Origin: Synechocystis sp. PCC 6803 substr. PCC-P
GTDB lineage: Bacteria; Cyanobacteriota; Cyanobacteriia; Cyanobacteriales; Microcystaceae
Length of the DNA: 32,000 nt
Assembly: GCF_000284455.1 (NCBI RefSeq)
Contig: NC_017039.1
Span: forward strand, 2,010,001-2,042,000
Reading direction: 5' to 3'
The notes beneath the pieces are model-generated. The model made no database searches. It was given only the letters and a program-made list of their open reading frames with translations, and had not been told where the DNA came from. Position 1 is the stretch's first letter; the number at the start of each line of letters is the position of its first letter. A program made the position numbers and the translations under genes. This document shows, piece by piece, positions 1 to 9,376 of this stretch.

Positions 1-397
1 GACGTTGATTTTGCTCTTTGCTTTTAAGGGGGAATTGATTGTTAATAATCCTCTGCATATTTTTCTAATTGCCGTGCCGTTATTTATCCAAACCAATTTC
101 ATCTTTCTCATTACCTATGTTCTGGGGTTAAAACTCAAACTCAGTTACGAAGATGCCGCCCCCGCCGCCCTGATCGGTGCCAGTAATCATTTTGAAGTGG
201 CGATCGCCACCGCTGTGATGTTATTTGGCCTCAATTCTGGAGCTGCTTTGGCCACCGTAGTGGGGGTATTAATTGAAGTGCCAGTGATGTTAATGCTGGT
301 GGAAATTTGCAAAAAAACAGCCTTTTGGTTCCCCAGGGACCCGGAAAAAGCCACTTTGCTAGACCCCCGTTGTATAAATCAAGAAATTAGGATCTAA
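1..397 (+). CDS. arsB: Arsenite efflux permease, ACR3 family, C-terminal fragment (5' end lies outside the window)
   Basis: The frame is open from the window edge. The C-terminal TM helices carry the ACR3-type motif [14 protein letters not shown]...[19 protein letters not shown]. It is followed by arsH and arsC, as in the Synechocystis arsBHC operon. Confidence 0.85.
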   Translation, partial: TLILLFAFKGELIVNNPLHIFLIAVPLFIQTNFIFLITYVLGLKLKLSYEDAAPAALIGASNHFEVAIATAVMLFGLNSGAALATVVGVLIEVPVMLMLVEICKKTAFWFPRDPEKATLLDPRCINQEIRI

Positions 398-400
398 AAA

Positions 401-515
401 CGTGTTTGGAAAGTTTTATTCTGCCCCCTCAATCGACCAACTAAAGCGACCGCAATACTGGGGAACTTTCACTCAGTTTCCCCCCAAATTTGGGGGGCCA
501 GGGGGGCTTTTAAAA
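401..515. repeat. MITE-like dispersed element, copy 1, containing the perfect 18-bp palindrome CCCCCCAAATTTGGGGGG (480-497) and a second G6 run (501-506) followed by CTTTTAAAA
   Basis: By hand alignment its reverse complement matches 12141-12255 at roughly 70 percent identity. Shared blocks are TTTTAAAAGCCCCC, CCCCCCAA..TGGGGGG, AAAGT, GCTTTAGT and ACTTT(C/T)CAAACA. Confidence 0.6.
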
Positions 516-548
516 CAAGCTCTAACCAACTTTGCCTAATTGCCAGCA

Positions 549-1169
549 ATGACCGACTTTAACCATCCTCCCCGGATTTTATTTCTCTATGGTTCCCTAC
601 GGGAGCGTTCCTACAGCCGTTTACTGGCCGAAGAAGCGGGCCGCATCATCACCACCATGGGAGCGGAAACCAAATTTTTTGATCCGAGGGAATTACCCCT
701 GCGGGGCCAAGTTCTGGATAGCCACCCCAAAGTTCAAGAATTACTAGAACTAAGCCAATGGTCTGAAGGCCAAGTGTGGTCTTCCCCGGAAATGCACGGC
801 AACATTACAGGAATTCTCAAAAATCAAATTGATTGGATTCCCCTGGAAATTGGTTCCATTCGTCCCACCCAGGGCCGCACCCTAGCGGTGATGCAGGTTA
901 GTGGCGGTTCCCAATCTTTCAATGCCGTCAACACCATGCGCATTCTTGGTCGTTGGATGCGGATGTTTACCATTCCCAACCAATCATCCGTGGCTAAGGC
1001 GTATCAGGAATTCCATGAAGACGGCACCATGAAGGATTCCCCCTATCGAGACCGGGTGGTGGACGTGATGGAAGAACTATACAAATTCACCCTGCTACTG
1101 CGGGACAAGGTGGATTATTTAACCGATCGCCATAGTGAAAGAAAAGCTAAGGTCAACACCGATGGTTGA
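549..1169 (+). CDS. arsH: ArsH, NADPH-dependent FMN reductase of the arsenic resistance operon
   Basis: The N-terminus [26 protein letters not shown] is typical of ArsH. The ATG at 549 is preferred over the TTG at 540 used by the ORF track. The gene sits between arsB and arsC. Confidence 0.9.
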
Positions 1170-1258
1170 TGTTTTTCCCACTGAAACTAACTCCAATCAC
1201 TCCAATTTATTCCATCAATTAATTAATCAAACTAATTAATCTAAGCGAGGCTAAAACT

Positions 1259-1654
1259 GTGAAAAAGGTAATGTTCGTTTGCAAACGTAATTCCTGTCGC
1301 TCCCAAATGGCAGAGGGCTTTGCCAAAACTTTAGGGGCCGGCAAAATTGCTGTTACCAGTTGTGGACTGGAATCTTCCCGGGTCCATCCCACCGCCATTG
1401 CCATGATGGAAGAAGTAGGCATAGACATCAGCGGCCAGACCTCCGACCCCATCGAAAACTTTAACGCCGACGATTACGACGTGGTAATTTCCCTTTGTGG
1501 CTGTGGGGTTAATCTGCCGCCGGAATGGGTAACCCAGGAAATTTTTGAAGACTGGCAACTGGAAGATCCCGATGGTCAATCATTGGAAGTTTTTCGCACC
1601 GTGCGGGGCCAGGTTAAGGAACGGGTGGAAAACCTGATCGCCAAAATTAGCTGA
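1259..1654 (+). CDS. arsC: Arsenate reductase ArsC, LMW-PTPase fold
   Basis: It has the CX5R P-loop (VMFVCKRNSCRSQMAEG) plus the downstream Cys pair (LCGCG). It is 131 aa and is the last gene of the ars cluster. Confidence 0.9.
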   Translation: MKKVMFVCKRNSCRSQMAEGFAKTLGAGKIAVTSCGLESSRVHPTAIAMMEEVGIDISGQTSDPIENFNADDYDVVISLCGCGVNLPPEWVTQEIFEDWQLEDPDGQSLEVFRTVRGQVKERVENLIAKIS

Positions 1655-1781
1655 TCTGCCCCATCCCCATTGATACCAACGATACCAAACCCCCAATTTG
1701 GCTATATGCTTAGGGAAATGGCTTTTTGCCACGAAACTTCACTAATCGTTATACAAGTTAATCAAAGGAGGGTTGTGGATC

Positions 1782-2513
1782 TTGGAAACCAATAAAGAAA
1801 GGATATTGGTGGTCGATGACGAGGCCAGCATCCGACGCATACTGGAAACCCGTTTATCCATGATTGGCTATGAAGTGGTGACCGCTGCCGACGGTGAAGA
1901 GGCGATCGCCACTTTCCATGAGAGCGACCCCGATTTGGTGGTGTTGGATGTGATGATGCCCAAGCTGGACGGCTACGGCGTTTGCCAAGAACTACGTAAA
2001 GAATCGGACATTCCCATTATTATGCTTACCGCCCTGGGGGATGTGGCCGATCGCATTACCGGTTTGGAACTGGGGGCCGATGATTATGTGGTGAAGCCCT
2101 TTTCCCCCAAGGAATTGGAAGCTAGAATCCGGTCCGTGCTACGGCGGGTGGACAAAAACGGTATGCCGGGCATTCCCAGTTCGGGCGTGTTGCAAATTGC
2201 CACCATTCGCATTGATACCAACAAGCGTCAAGTGTATAAAGGGGATGAGCGCATCCGCCTAACAGGAATGGAATTTAGCCTGTTGGAATTGTTGGTGAGT
2301 CGCTCCGGAGAGCCCTTTTCCCGTTCGGAAATTCTCCAGGAAGTGTGGGGCTACACCCCCGAACGCCATGTGGATACCAGGGTGGTGGACGTGCATATTT
2401 CCCGCCTGCGGGCCAAACTAGAGGAAGACCCCAGCAATCCCGAATTAATTCTTACTGCCCGGGGCACCGGTTACCTGTTCCAACGCATTCTGGAACCGGG
2501 GGAAGAACCGTAA
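1782..2513 (+). CDS. rpaB: OmpR-family response regulator RpaB (Ycf27)
   Basis: It has a receiver domain (ILVVDDEASIRRILETRLSMIGYEV...DLVVLDVMMPKLDG) and a winged-helix output domain (RLTGMEFSLLELL...GYLF). The start is set at TTG 1782, giving METNKERILVVDDE. That start lies 9 nt after the AAGGAGG at 1765-1771 and keeps the conserved beta-1 strand. TTG 1773 and GTG 1809 are alternatives. Confidence 0.9.
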   Translation: METNKERILVVDDEASIRRILETRLSMIGYEVVTAADGEEAIATFHESDPDLVVLDVMMPKLDGYGVCQELRKESDIPIIMLTALGDVADRITGLELGADDYVVKPFSPKELEARIRSVLRRVDKNGMPGIPSSGVLQIATIRIDTNKRQVYKGDERIRLTGMEFSLLELLVSRSGEPFSRSEILQEVWGYTPERHVDTRVVDVHISRLRAKLEEDPSNPELILTARGTGYLFQRILEPGEEP

Positions 2514-2565
2514 TTCCTAGGGATTTACCGAGGAATTTTCAGCCCATTGCCAGTTAATTGCCACC

Positions 2566-3213
2566 ATGAGTGCAGATCCCAATCGTATTGTTCGTTTATT
2601 ACCCCTTGGGGCGGGCAGTCTCGGGGGACTGTTATTGCTAATTAACCGCCTTTCCACCCCCATGTTAAACCCTTCCCAAGCCCGTTCCGATGTGGTGGGG
2701 GTAATTTTGGCGGGGATGCTGGTGTGTGTCTGGCTAATTTGGCAACGGATTCAGCCCAAGTCCCCGGAAGCGGTGGTGCTAGAAGGCAAAGAAGGCTTTG
2801 ATTTACTGGATAGTCTGCCCCAGGAAATAAAAACAGAGTTAGCTTGGGCTTCCCATTTGCTCTTGACTAATACGGTCACCCAAACCATGGTGGTCTATTA
2901 CGATCGCCAGGTGTTATTGCGCCGGGGCATTTTGAGTGAGCAAAAAGAAGTGAAACCGGGGCCGATTGTAGAACGGGTAATGCAAACCCAAAAGCCCGTT
3001 TATTTGGTGAATTTACCCCTCTATCCCGGTCGAGTGGAATTTGATTATTTACCCGCCAACACCCAGGGTTTAATCTGTCAGCCCCTCGACGATCGGGGTG
3101 TGTTAATCCTAGGAGCCAATATTCCCCGCAGTTATACGAAACAGGATGAAAATTGGGTCACGGGCATTGCTGATAAAATTGCCCATAGCTTGAGCATGCC
3201 CATCAATGCTTAA
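2566..3213 (+). CDS. Conserved cyanobacterial membrane protein with two N-terminal TM helices and a soluble domain; possibly CCB2/CCB4-like (DUF2930)
   Basis: A 215-aa ORF with host-like codon usage. Two hydrophobic segments (LLPLGAGSLGGLLLLI, VVGVILAGMLVCVWLIW) precede a soluble domain of about 150 aa. The family assignment is from memory only. Confidence 0.55.
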   Translation: MSADPNRIVRLLPLGAGSLGGLLLLINRLSTPMLNPSQARSDVVGVILAGMLVCVWLIWQRIQPKSPEAVVLEGKEGFDLLDSLPQEIKTELAWASHLLLTNTVTQTMVVYYDRQVLLRRGILSEQKEVKPGPIVERVMQTQKPVYLVNLPLYPGRVEFDYLPANTQGLICQPLDDRGVLILGANIPRSYTKQDENWVTGIADKIAHSLSMPINA

Positions 3214-3815
3214 CGGACAAATTTGAGCCAAGCAAAAATTTCCGCTGTGGTTAGGCTGAGGTCCAAACCATTTAATACTGGCAATAGTTCTTCCCTATTG
3301 TTCATCTCTGCAGCTTCAACACCGTAAAACTTTGGTGGGTACTGGGGAAAAAAAACTAAAATTGAACGTTCCTCTGGACTGATGAGCCACCCCAATTCAC
3401 TGCCCTGCTCTAAGCAATAGAGAATATTATTAATTACCTTTGTTGCGCTTTGCTGGGGGGAGAGAATCTCAATTATCCAATCAGGGCAACTCGTAAAATG
3501 ATTAGCAATATCTCCATCCGTAGTTAAGGGAATTCTTTGCCAACGAAATACAGAAATATCTGGCACCAGGGAACGATCAGCAAAGGTACAGCGTAACTCC
3601 GGCAAAGCATAGGCGAGGCGAAGGGGCTCGGCCACTTGGTTAATGGCCTGGCAAAGTCGGTATTGCAATTGACTATGCTGTCCCTGGGGCATGGGTTTTT
3701 GAGTAATAACTCCGTTCACATATTCCCACGCCGGAGAGTCTTCAATGTGGGATAGGGTGAGAAATTCCCATAGCGTTGTGATGGGGCTAGAGGCAAGCAT
3801 AGTAACTATTCTCAC
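3210..3815 (-). CDS. Uma2-family (DUF820) putative endonuclease
   Basis: It matches the Uma2 pattern: EYVNGVITQKPMP...H, PDISVF, and PDWIIEILSP (PD-(D/E)xK-like). The start is either GTG 3815 or ATG 3800. Its stop overlaps the convergent upstream gene's stop within TTAA at 3210-3213. Confidence 0.75.
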   Translation of the reverse strand: MRIVTMLASSPITTLWEFLTLSHIEDSPAWEYVNGVITQKPMPQGQHSQLQYRLCQAINQVAEPLRLAYALPELRCTFADRSLVPDISVFRWQRIPLTTDGDIANHFTSCPDWIIEILSPQQSATKVINNILYCLEQGSELGWLISPEERSILVFFPQYPPKFYGVEAAEMNNREELLPVLNGLDLSLTTAEIFAWLKFVR

Positions 3816-3935
3816 AAGATGAGTTTATTCTGCCATGTAAGCATTTTAAGTATAACTCCGCCATGATCAACGTTCCAGGTAAGTTAAGCCAGCCAGTCTG
3901 ACATGCAACTCAAGTCTAAAAAATAGCAAATTACC

Positions 3936-5846
3936 TCAAATTCTCTCAGCTAAAGTTAGCCAACGTTCTGTTTTTTGATCAATACTTTCACTTAAATTAG
4001 CTAAGCGTTCCGTCAGGTTTTGCAACTCGGTAAAATTGCCGTTGGAACTCTGGTAAAGTTGGGCTTCCAGTTGGGCTTTTTCTTCTTCCAATTGGGGAAT
4101 TTGTTGCTCAAGCTGTTCGTATTCCCGCTTTTCTTTATAGGAAAGTTTTTTCGAGCTACTATCTTGGCTAACTTTGGTCGTAACAGAAGCAACTGGTTGA
4201 GATTTTTTTAACTCAGTTTCTTCTTGGTTTGCTCTAACCTGTTCTGCTTTTTTATATTCCAAATACAAAGTGTAATTGCCGGGATATTGCCGTAGTTCTC
4301 CCTCTTCTTCAAAAGCAAAAATGGTTTCCACGGTGCGGTCGAGGAAATACCGGTCATGGGAAACCACAATGACGCAACCGTTAAAATCTTCCAGGTAATC
4401 TTCCAACACCGCCAGGGTTTGCACATCCAAATCGTTGGTAGGTTCGTCCAAAATTAAAACGTTGGGGGCTCGCATCAACACCCGCAGTAAAAATAAACGG
4501 CGCTTTTCTCCCCCGGATAACTTGGCAATGGGAGCAAATTGTTGATTGGGGGGAAATAAAAATCTTTCTAACATCTGCCCAGCGGTAATTACTTCGCCGT
4601 CGGTGGTTTTGATCAATTCCGCCACACTTTTGAGGTAATCAATTACCCGTTGATTAGGATTTAAACTCAGGTCATCGGAGTGTTGATCAAAATAACCAAA
4701 ATGAATGGTGCTACCAATGTCCACTGTGCCTTGGTCCGGCTCCAATCTGCCAGTGATCATATTCATTAAAGTGGATTTGCCCACGCCATTTTTGCCCACA
4801 ATTCCCACCCGATCGCCGGGGGTGAAAATATAGGAAAAATCTTTAATTAATTGTTTGTTTTCAAAGCCCTTGCTAATGTTTTCCAGCTCTACCACTTTTT
4901 TGCCAATGCGCCGCCCAGCCGTACTAATATCTACTTTTCCCGTCCCCGTTTTAAAGCTGGTCTCCTGCATATCCTGGATGCGGTCAATGCGGGCTTTTTG
5001 CTTAGTGCTCCGGGCTTTAGGCCCTCTTTTTAACCATTCCAATTCCCGCCGCAACACTCCCCGGTGTTTTTTCTGACTGCTCTGTTCCGATTCCTCTGCT
5101 TCCGCTTTTTTGGTCAGATAATAACCATAGTTACCGTTGTAGCTATACAGTTCTCCTTGGTCAATTTCCAAAATACGGTTCGTCACCCGGTCCAAAAAAT
5201 AGCGGTCGTGGGTAATTAATAACAATGCTCCCCGGAACCGTTGCAGGTAACTTTGTAGCCATTCCACCGAAAAAGCATCCAAATGGTTAGTGGGTTCGTC
5301 CATCAACAGCACATCCGGTTGGGACAACAATGCGGCGGCGATCGCCACCCGTTTACGGTAACCACCGGAAAGATCGCCTACTTTGGCATCGAGATGATCT
5401 ACCCCCAACTGGGTCAGAATAATTTTGGCTTGGGTTTCCAATTCCCAGGCCCCACTGGTTTCCATCTGGGCTGATAGGGCCGACAGTTGATTAAGCAATT
5501 GCTCGTCACTGCCCTGGTGGGCCAACTTGTCCGACAGCAGTTCGTATTGTTTAACTAATTGCCACTGTTCGCCACTGTCCACAAAAACCTGCTCCAACAC
5601 GGTGCGATCGCCGTCCATCTCTGGTTGTTGGGGTAAATAAACCACTTTGGCACTGCTGTTGCACCAATATTCTCCGCCATCAAAGGGTTCTAACCCGGCA
5701 ATCATTTTCAACAGGGTGGATTTACCGGAGCCATTAACCCCAATTAATCCCACCCGATCGCCTGGCTCGATGTTGAACGTAGCGTCCCGCAGAATTTCTT
5801 TAATACCAAAATCTTTGCGGAGGGATTGAACAGTGATGAGAGCCAT
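3936..5846 (-). CDS. ABC-F family ATPase (Uup/EttA-like, two ABC domains plus C-terminal coiled coil)
   Basis: It has two Walker A motifs (GVNGSGKST, GKNGVGKST), two LSGG signatures (LSGGYRKR, LSGGEKRR), no TM domain, and a charged coiled-coil tail. The ATG at 5846 (MALITVQSL) is preferred over the TTG at 5885. Confidence 0.9.
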   Translation of the reverse strand: MALITVQSLRKDFGIKEILRDATFNIEPGDRVGLIGVNGSGKSTLLKMIAGLEPFDGGEYWCNSSAKVVYLPQQPEMDGDRTVLEQVFVDSGEQWQLVKQYELLSDKLAHQGSDEQLLNQLSALSAQMETSGAWELETQAKIILTQLGVDHLDAKVGDLSGGYRKRVAIAAALLSQPDVLLMDEPTNHLDAFSVEWLQSYLQRFRGALLLITHDRYFLDRVTNRILEIDQGELYSYNGNYGYYLTKKAEAEESEQSSQKKHRGVLRRELEWLKRGPKARSTKQKARIDRIQDMQETSFKTGTGKVDISTAGRRIGKKVVELENISKGFENKQLIKDFSYIFTPGDRVGIVGKNGVGKSTLMNMITGRLEPDQGTVDIGSTIHFGYFDQHSDDLSLNPNQRVIDYLKSVAELIKTTDGEVITAGQMLERFLFPPNQQFAPIAKLSGGEKRRLFLLRVLMRAPNVLILDEPTNDLDVQTLAVLEDYLEDFNGCVIVVSHDRYFLDRTVETIFAFEEEGELRQYPGNYTLYLEYKKAEQVRANQEETELKKSQPVASVTTKVSQDSSSKKLSYKEKREYEQLEQQIPQLEEEKAQLEAQLYQSSNGNFTELQNLTERLANLSESIDQKTERWLTLAERI

Positions 5847-6131
5847 ACGGGGAAATTTACCAGGAAAAATTGAGCAGACTGGCAAATTACAAGCCTTGGT
5901 CTGGGGCCCATTTTATCGAAAAACTGGGTTTACCCCTGGTCTTCCACCATGATTTGCCCTAGCCAAAATCGAAAATGGCGCTCCATTGTTTAACCACCTG
6001 TTTAGGCATCCCTATGGGTCGTGTTTTTGCCGCCCTAAAAGGGATGTTATGGAGATCACAAAAATGAACGAAAATCCCCTAAAGTAGGGTAGCTTACGGC
6101 GACATCGCCCTTGGTCTCACGTTAGGAAGGC

Positions 6132-6992
6132 ATGGATCTATCACAGTTAATCTTTAATGGCATTGCGGTGGGAAGCATTATCGCCCTGGGGGCAGTGGGG
6201 TTGACCCTGACCTATGGCATTTTACGCCTGTCTAATTTTGCCCATGGTGATTTTATGACTTTGGCGGCCTATTTAACTTGGTGGGCCAACACCAGCGGCA
6301 TTAATTTGTGGTTATCCATGGCCCTGGGTTGTGTCGGTACCATCATTGCCATGTTCATTGGTGAATGGTTGCTCTGGAAGCCCATGCGGGCCCGGCGGGC
6401 TACGGCAACAACGCTGATCATTATTTCCATTGGTCTAGCCCTATTTCTCCGCAACGGCATCCTCTTGATCTGGGGTGGCAATAACCAAAATTACCGAGTG
6501 CCCATTGTCCCTGCCCAGGATTTTATGGGCATTAAATTTGAGTATTACCGTCTACTGGTCATTGCTATGGCGATCGCCGCCATGGTGGTGTTGCATTTGA
6601 TTTTGCAAAGGACGAAAGTGGGCAAAGCGATGCGGGCCGTGGCGGACAATGTTGATCTGGCGAAAGTATCCGGCATCAACGTGGAATGGGTAGTGATGTG
6701 GACCTGGGTAATGACCGCAGTGTTAACAGCCCTAGGAGGATCCATGTATGGCCTGATGACCACCCTGAAACCGAATATGGGGTGGTTTTTGATTTTGCCC
6801 ATGTTTGCTTCGGTGATTCTAGGGGGCATTGGTAATCCCTACGGGGCGATCGCCGGGGGGATAATTATTGGCGTAGCCCAGGAAGTGAGCGTGCCTTGGT
6901 TTGGCACCAGTTACAAAATGGGGGTGGCATTGCTGTTGATGATCATCATTTTGTTCATTCGTCCCCAAGGTTTGTTTAAAGGCACTCAATAA
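6132..6992 (+). CDS. natD: Branched-chain/neutral amino acid ABC transporter permease, LivH family (NatD of the Nat system)
   Basis: A 286-aa polytopic membrane protein with the LivH-type N-terminus QLIFNGIAVGSIIALGAVGLTLTYGILRLSNFAHGDF. The natD name comes from my memory of Synechocystis slr0949. Confidence 0.85.
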   Translation: MDLSQLIFNGIAVGSIIALGAVGLTLTYGILRLSNFAHGDFMTLAAYLTWWANTSGINLWLSMALGCVGTIIAMFIGEWLLWKPMRARRATATTLIIISIGLALFLRNGILLIWGGNNQNYRVPIVPAQDFMGIKFEYYRLLVIAMAIAAMVVLHLILQRTKVGKAMRAVADNVDLAKVSGINVEWVVMWTWVMTAVLTALGGSMYGLMTTLKPNMGWFLILPMFASVILGGIGNPYGAIAGGIIIGVAQEVSVPWFGTSYKMGVALLLMIIILFIRPQGLFKGTQ

Positions 6993-7816
6993 TGGCCAAA
7001 GCAGATAAACAACGACTGGATGCCCTTTTGGTAGCCAAAGGTTTATGTGAATCCAGAGCCCTGGCCCAGCGGTTGATCCGGGCGGGGGAAGTGAAAGTTA
7101 ATCAACAGTTGGTGGATAAACCAGGCACCCTGGTAACCATGGATGTGGCGGTGGAACTAGCCCAAAGGCCTCCCTACGTTTCCCGGGGAGGGGAAAAGTT
7201 AGCCAAGGCCCTAACGGAATTTGCCATTGATGTGACCGGTCGCATTTGTCTCGATGGGGGCATTTCCACTGGTGGCTTTACGGATTGTTTATTACAAAGG
7301 GGAGCAACGAAGGTTTACGGCGTGGATGTGGGTTACGGCCAGGTGGCTTGGAAATTGCGTCAGGATGACCGGGTGATTTTGCGGGAGCGGGCCAATTTTC
7401 GTTACCTCACGCCCCAGGATTTGTATGGGGATCAACCCTGGCCGGACTTGGGGGTGATGGATTTGTCCTTTATTTCCCTTACCAAAGTGATGGCTCCCCT
7501 CTGGTCTCTCCTCGCTCCTCCCCGGGAAGTGGTGTTATTGGTTAAGCCGCAATTTGAAGTGGGCAGGGAAAAAATTGGCAAAAAGGGAGTGGTGCGGGAT
7601 GCCCAAGCCCAGGCAGAGGCCATTGACCAAGTGTGGCGATCAGGGCAGAGCCTCGGTTGGCAGTTTAACGGTTTAACTTTTTCCCCTATCACCGGGCCGG
7701 CGGGCAATGTGGAATATTTACTCTGGCTCAGTCAATCCGCTGTTAACGCCTCTGCTCCAACGCTAGCTCAGTTGGGGGAAATTACCCAAAAAACGTTGGA
7801 TTCTTTTAGAAACTGA
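6992..7816 (+). CDS. tlyA: TlyA-family rRNA 2'-O-methyltransferase (S4 domain plus FtsJ-like MTase)
   Basis: It has an N-terminal S4 motif (RLDALLVAKGLCESRALAQRLIRAGEVKVN) and a SAM-binding motif (CLDGGISTGGFTDCLLQRGA). Its start overlaps the natD stop (TAATG at 6990-6994). Confidence 0.85.
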   Translation: MAKADKQRLDALLVAKGLCESRALAQRLIRAGEVKVNQQLVDKPGTLVTMDVAVELAQRPPYVSRGGEKLAKALTEFAIDVTGRICLDGGISTGGFTDCLLQRGATKVYGVDVGYGQVAWKLRQDDRVILRERANFRYLTPQDLYGDQPWPDLGVMDLSFISLTKVMAPLWSLLAPPREVVLLVKPQFEVGREKIGKKGVVRDAQAQAEAIDQVWRSGQSLGWQFNGLTFSPITGPAGNVEYLLWLSQSAVNASAPTLAQLGEITQKTLDSFRN

Positions 7817-7878
7817 ATTGGGATTTTGTGTAAATTGTAAAGAGATAATCAGAAATAATAGTCGAGTCGACAGCTATT

Positions 7879-8265
7879 TTATTCTCTACTAAGTAGGTAT
7901 TGTTCAGCACTTAATTTGAGCTTATCTCCTTTTAAAATCAACTGATCAATATAATCTTTTAATTCCATATAAGGCTGACGAGCATCTTTTTTATTACGTT
8001 CAATCATGCGCCTAGTTTCTGCACGAACTCGCCCTGCCCACTTATTTTTACCAAATATATCTAAACCAACGGAAACGATACTATCAGAATAGGCTTGGCT
8101 TGCGTCTTGATTAATTTGCCGAATGTGGGCGTTGATTTCCTTTTTAATAGCTCGTAGTTGCTTTTGGGCAAGATTAATTTGCTTGACTTGTAACTTTACG
8201 GATTGGGGAGAATCAAGCGTTAAGGTCAGTTGGTTGGCAATAGTTTGAATTTCTTGAATATTCAT
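7879..8265 (-). CDS. Hypothetical 128-aa protein, predicted all-helical with a coiled-coil N-terminus; last gene of the J-domain/TPR operon
   Basis: The ORF starts 15 nt downstream of the TPR gene's stop on the same strand. It is very AT-rich (20 G+C in 8041-8100 by hand count). I recognise no family. Confidence 0.6.
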   Translation of the reverse strand: MNIQEIQTIANQLTLTLDSPQSVKLQVKQINLAQKQLRAIKKEINAHIRQINQDASQAYSDSIVSVGLDIFGKNKWAGRVRAETRRMIERNKKDARQPYMELKDYIDQLILKGDKLKLSAEQYLLSRE

Positions 8266-8280
8266 GAGTTTATTAGAAAG

Positions 8281-9372
8281 TTAATCAATTATTGTTTGAG
8301 CTTTTTGTAAATCTTCTAGTGCCTTCTCATGATTTCCAAGTTCTCTAAATACTATACTTCGATTAACATATGCCGCTTTGCACTTAGAATCAATGACTAA
8401 CGCTTGATTATAATCATCTAAGGATTTTTGATGACAACCTAAATCGTAGTAAGCTACGCCTCTATTAATATAAGCCCAAACAAATGTTGGCTTAACAATT
8501 AAAGCATCAGAAAAATCTTTGATAGCCTTCTTAATCTGTCCCATCTTATAATAAGCAAGACCTCTATTATAAAATCCATTAAATAAATTACCATTTAAAG
8601 CCAATGATTGATCGAGGTAATCAATTGCAGACTGGTATTTTTCTAAGGAAAGGAAAGAAGAACCAAGGATATATAGTGTATTATCCTTATTAATGTGCAT
8701 TGGATTCAACCTTAGAGAAGTAAAACAATCTTCAATAGCTGCATCAAAATCACCCAAAAGATTATGTATTTCAGCCCGTAATATGTAAGAAGATACAAAA
8801 TTTGAATTTAGTTTTAAGGCTTCGTTGATTTTTTCAAGAGCATCTTGAGTATTACCCAGTAGTCTGTTAATAGCCCCTTGAATAGATAATTCAATGGGAT
8901 TATAACACTTGTTGATATCGGTCTTAATTTGTAGCAAATCATTGTAACATGAAAGAATAAAACTACTTGCTTGTAGCTCAGAGATTATAATAATTTTAGA
9001 ATAAAAAGCAATAACTGAATCTTGATAAAATTGCTTATGTTTTAGCCCCAGATATAAATCATTTTTGCTGTCTATATTATTACCTAGAAAAGAATGAGCA
9101 AAGCCCCTCAAAAAATAGGCTTCACAAAATCTATCATTAAATTCTAAAGCTTTAGTAAAAGAATCTATGGCATCAGATATATTTCCTAATATATATTGCT
9201 CTACTCCAAGTTTGAACAGATGCTCATGGTTGCTTGATTTTGTCAATATTTTTGTACAATCTTCGAATTTCTTTTCACTCTTTGATAAAGTGATTTTTTG
9301 GGTAAGCTGTAACCCCTTTTTGACCACATCAGAAGAATAACGAGCTAAATTTTGTTTGTAGTTATCAGTCAT
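8281..9372 (-). CDS. Tetratricopeptide-repeat protein (about 8 TPR units), no other recognisable domain
   Basis: It contains repeated TPR signatures, for example AIDSFTKALEFNDRFCEAYFLRG, AIKDFSDALIVKPTFVWAYINRGVAY and SLDDYNQALVIDSKCKAAYVNRS. It is 363 aa, has about 30 percent G+C in sampled lines, and starts 4 nt after the J-protein stop. Confidence 0.8.
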   Translation of the reverse strand: MTDNYKQNLARYSSDVVKKGLQLTQKITLSKSEKKFEDCTKILTKSSNHEHLFKLGVEQYILGNISDAIDSFTKALEFNDRFCEAYFLRGFAHSFLGNNIDSKNDLYLGLKHKQFYQDSVIAFYSKIIIISELQASSFILSCYNDLLQIKTDINKCYNPIELSIQGAINRLLGNTQDALEKINEALKLNSNFVSSYILRAEIHNLLGDFDAAIEDCFTSLRLNPMHINKDNTLYILGSSFLSLEKYQSAIDYLDQSLALNGNLFNGFYNRGLAYYKMGQIKKAIKDFSDALIVKPTFVWAYINRGVAYYDLGCHQKSLDDYNQALVIDSKCKAAYVNRSIVFRELGNHEKALEDLQKAQTIID

Positions 9373-9376
9373 GAGA

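Noticed and set aside
1219-1579. Minus-strand ORFs of 77 and 82 aa antisense to arsC
   Set aside because: arsC on the plus strand has unambiguous catalytic motifs, and the antisense frames have no features.
2345-2557. A 70-aa plus-strand ORF overlapping the 3' end of rpaB in another frame
   Set aside because: It is out of frame with a highly conserved winged-helix domain, has G/R/P-rich composition, and has no independent start signals.
6990-6994. The TAATG stop/start overlap between natD and tlyA as evidence of a functional link
   Set aside because: One-nucleotide overlaps are common in compact operons. An amino-acid permease and an rRNA methyltransferase have no evident functional relationship, so I treat this as packing rather than biology.
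7827-7842. TGTGTAAATTGTAAAG (reverse complement CTTTACAATTTACACA), which looks like an HLR1 box downstream of tlyA
   Set aside because: The two TTACA cores are 7 nt apart instead of the 10-nt period required for HLR1. The site also lies at the 3' ends of two convergent genes, not in a promoter.
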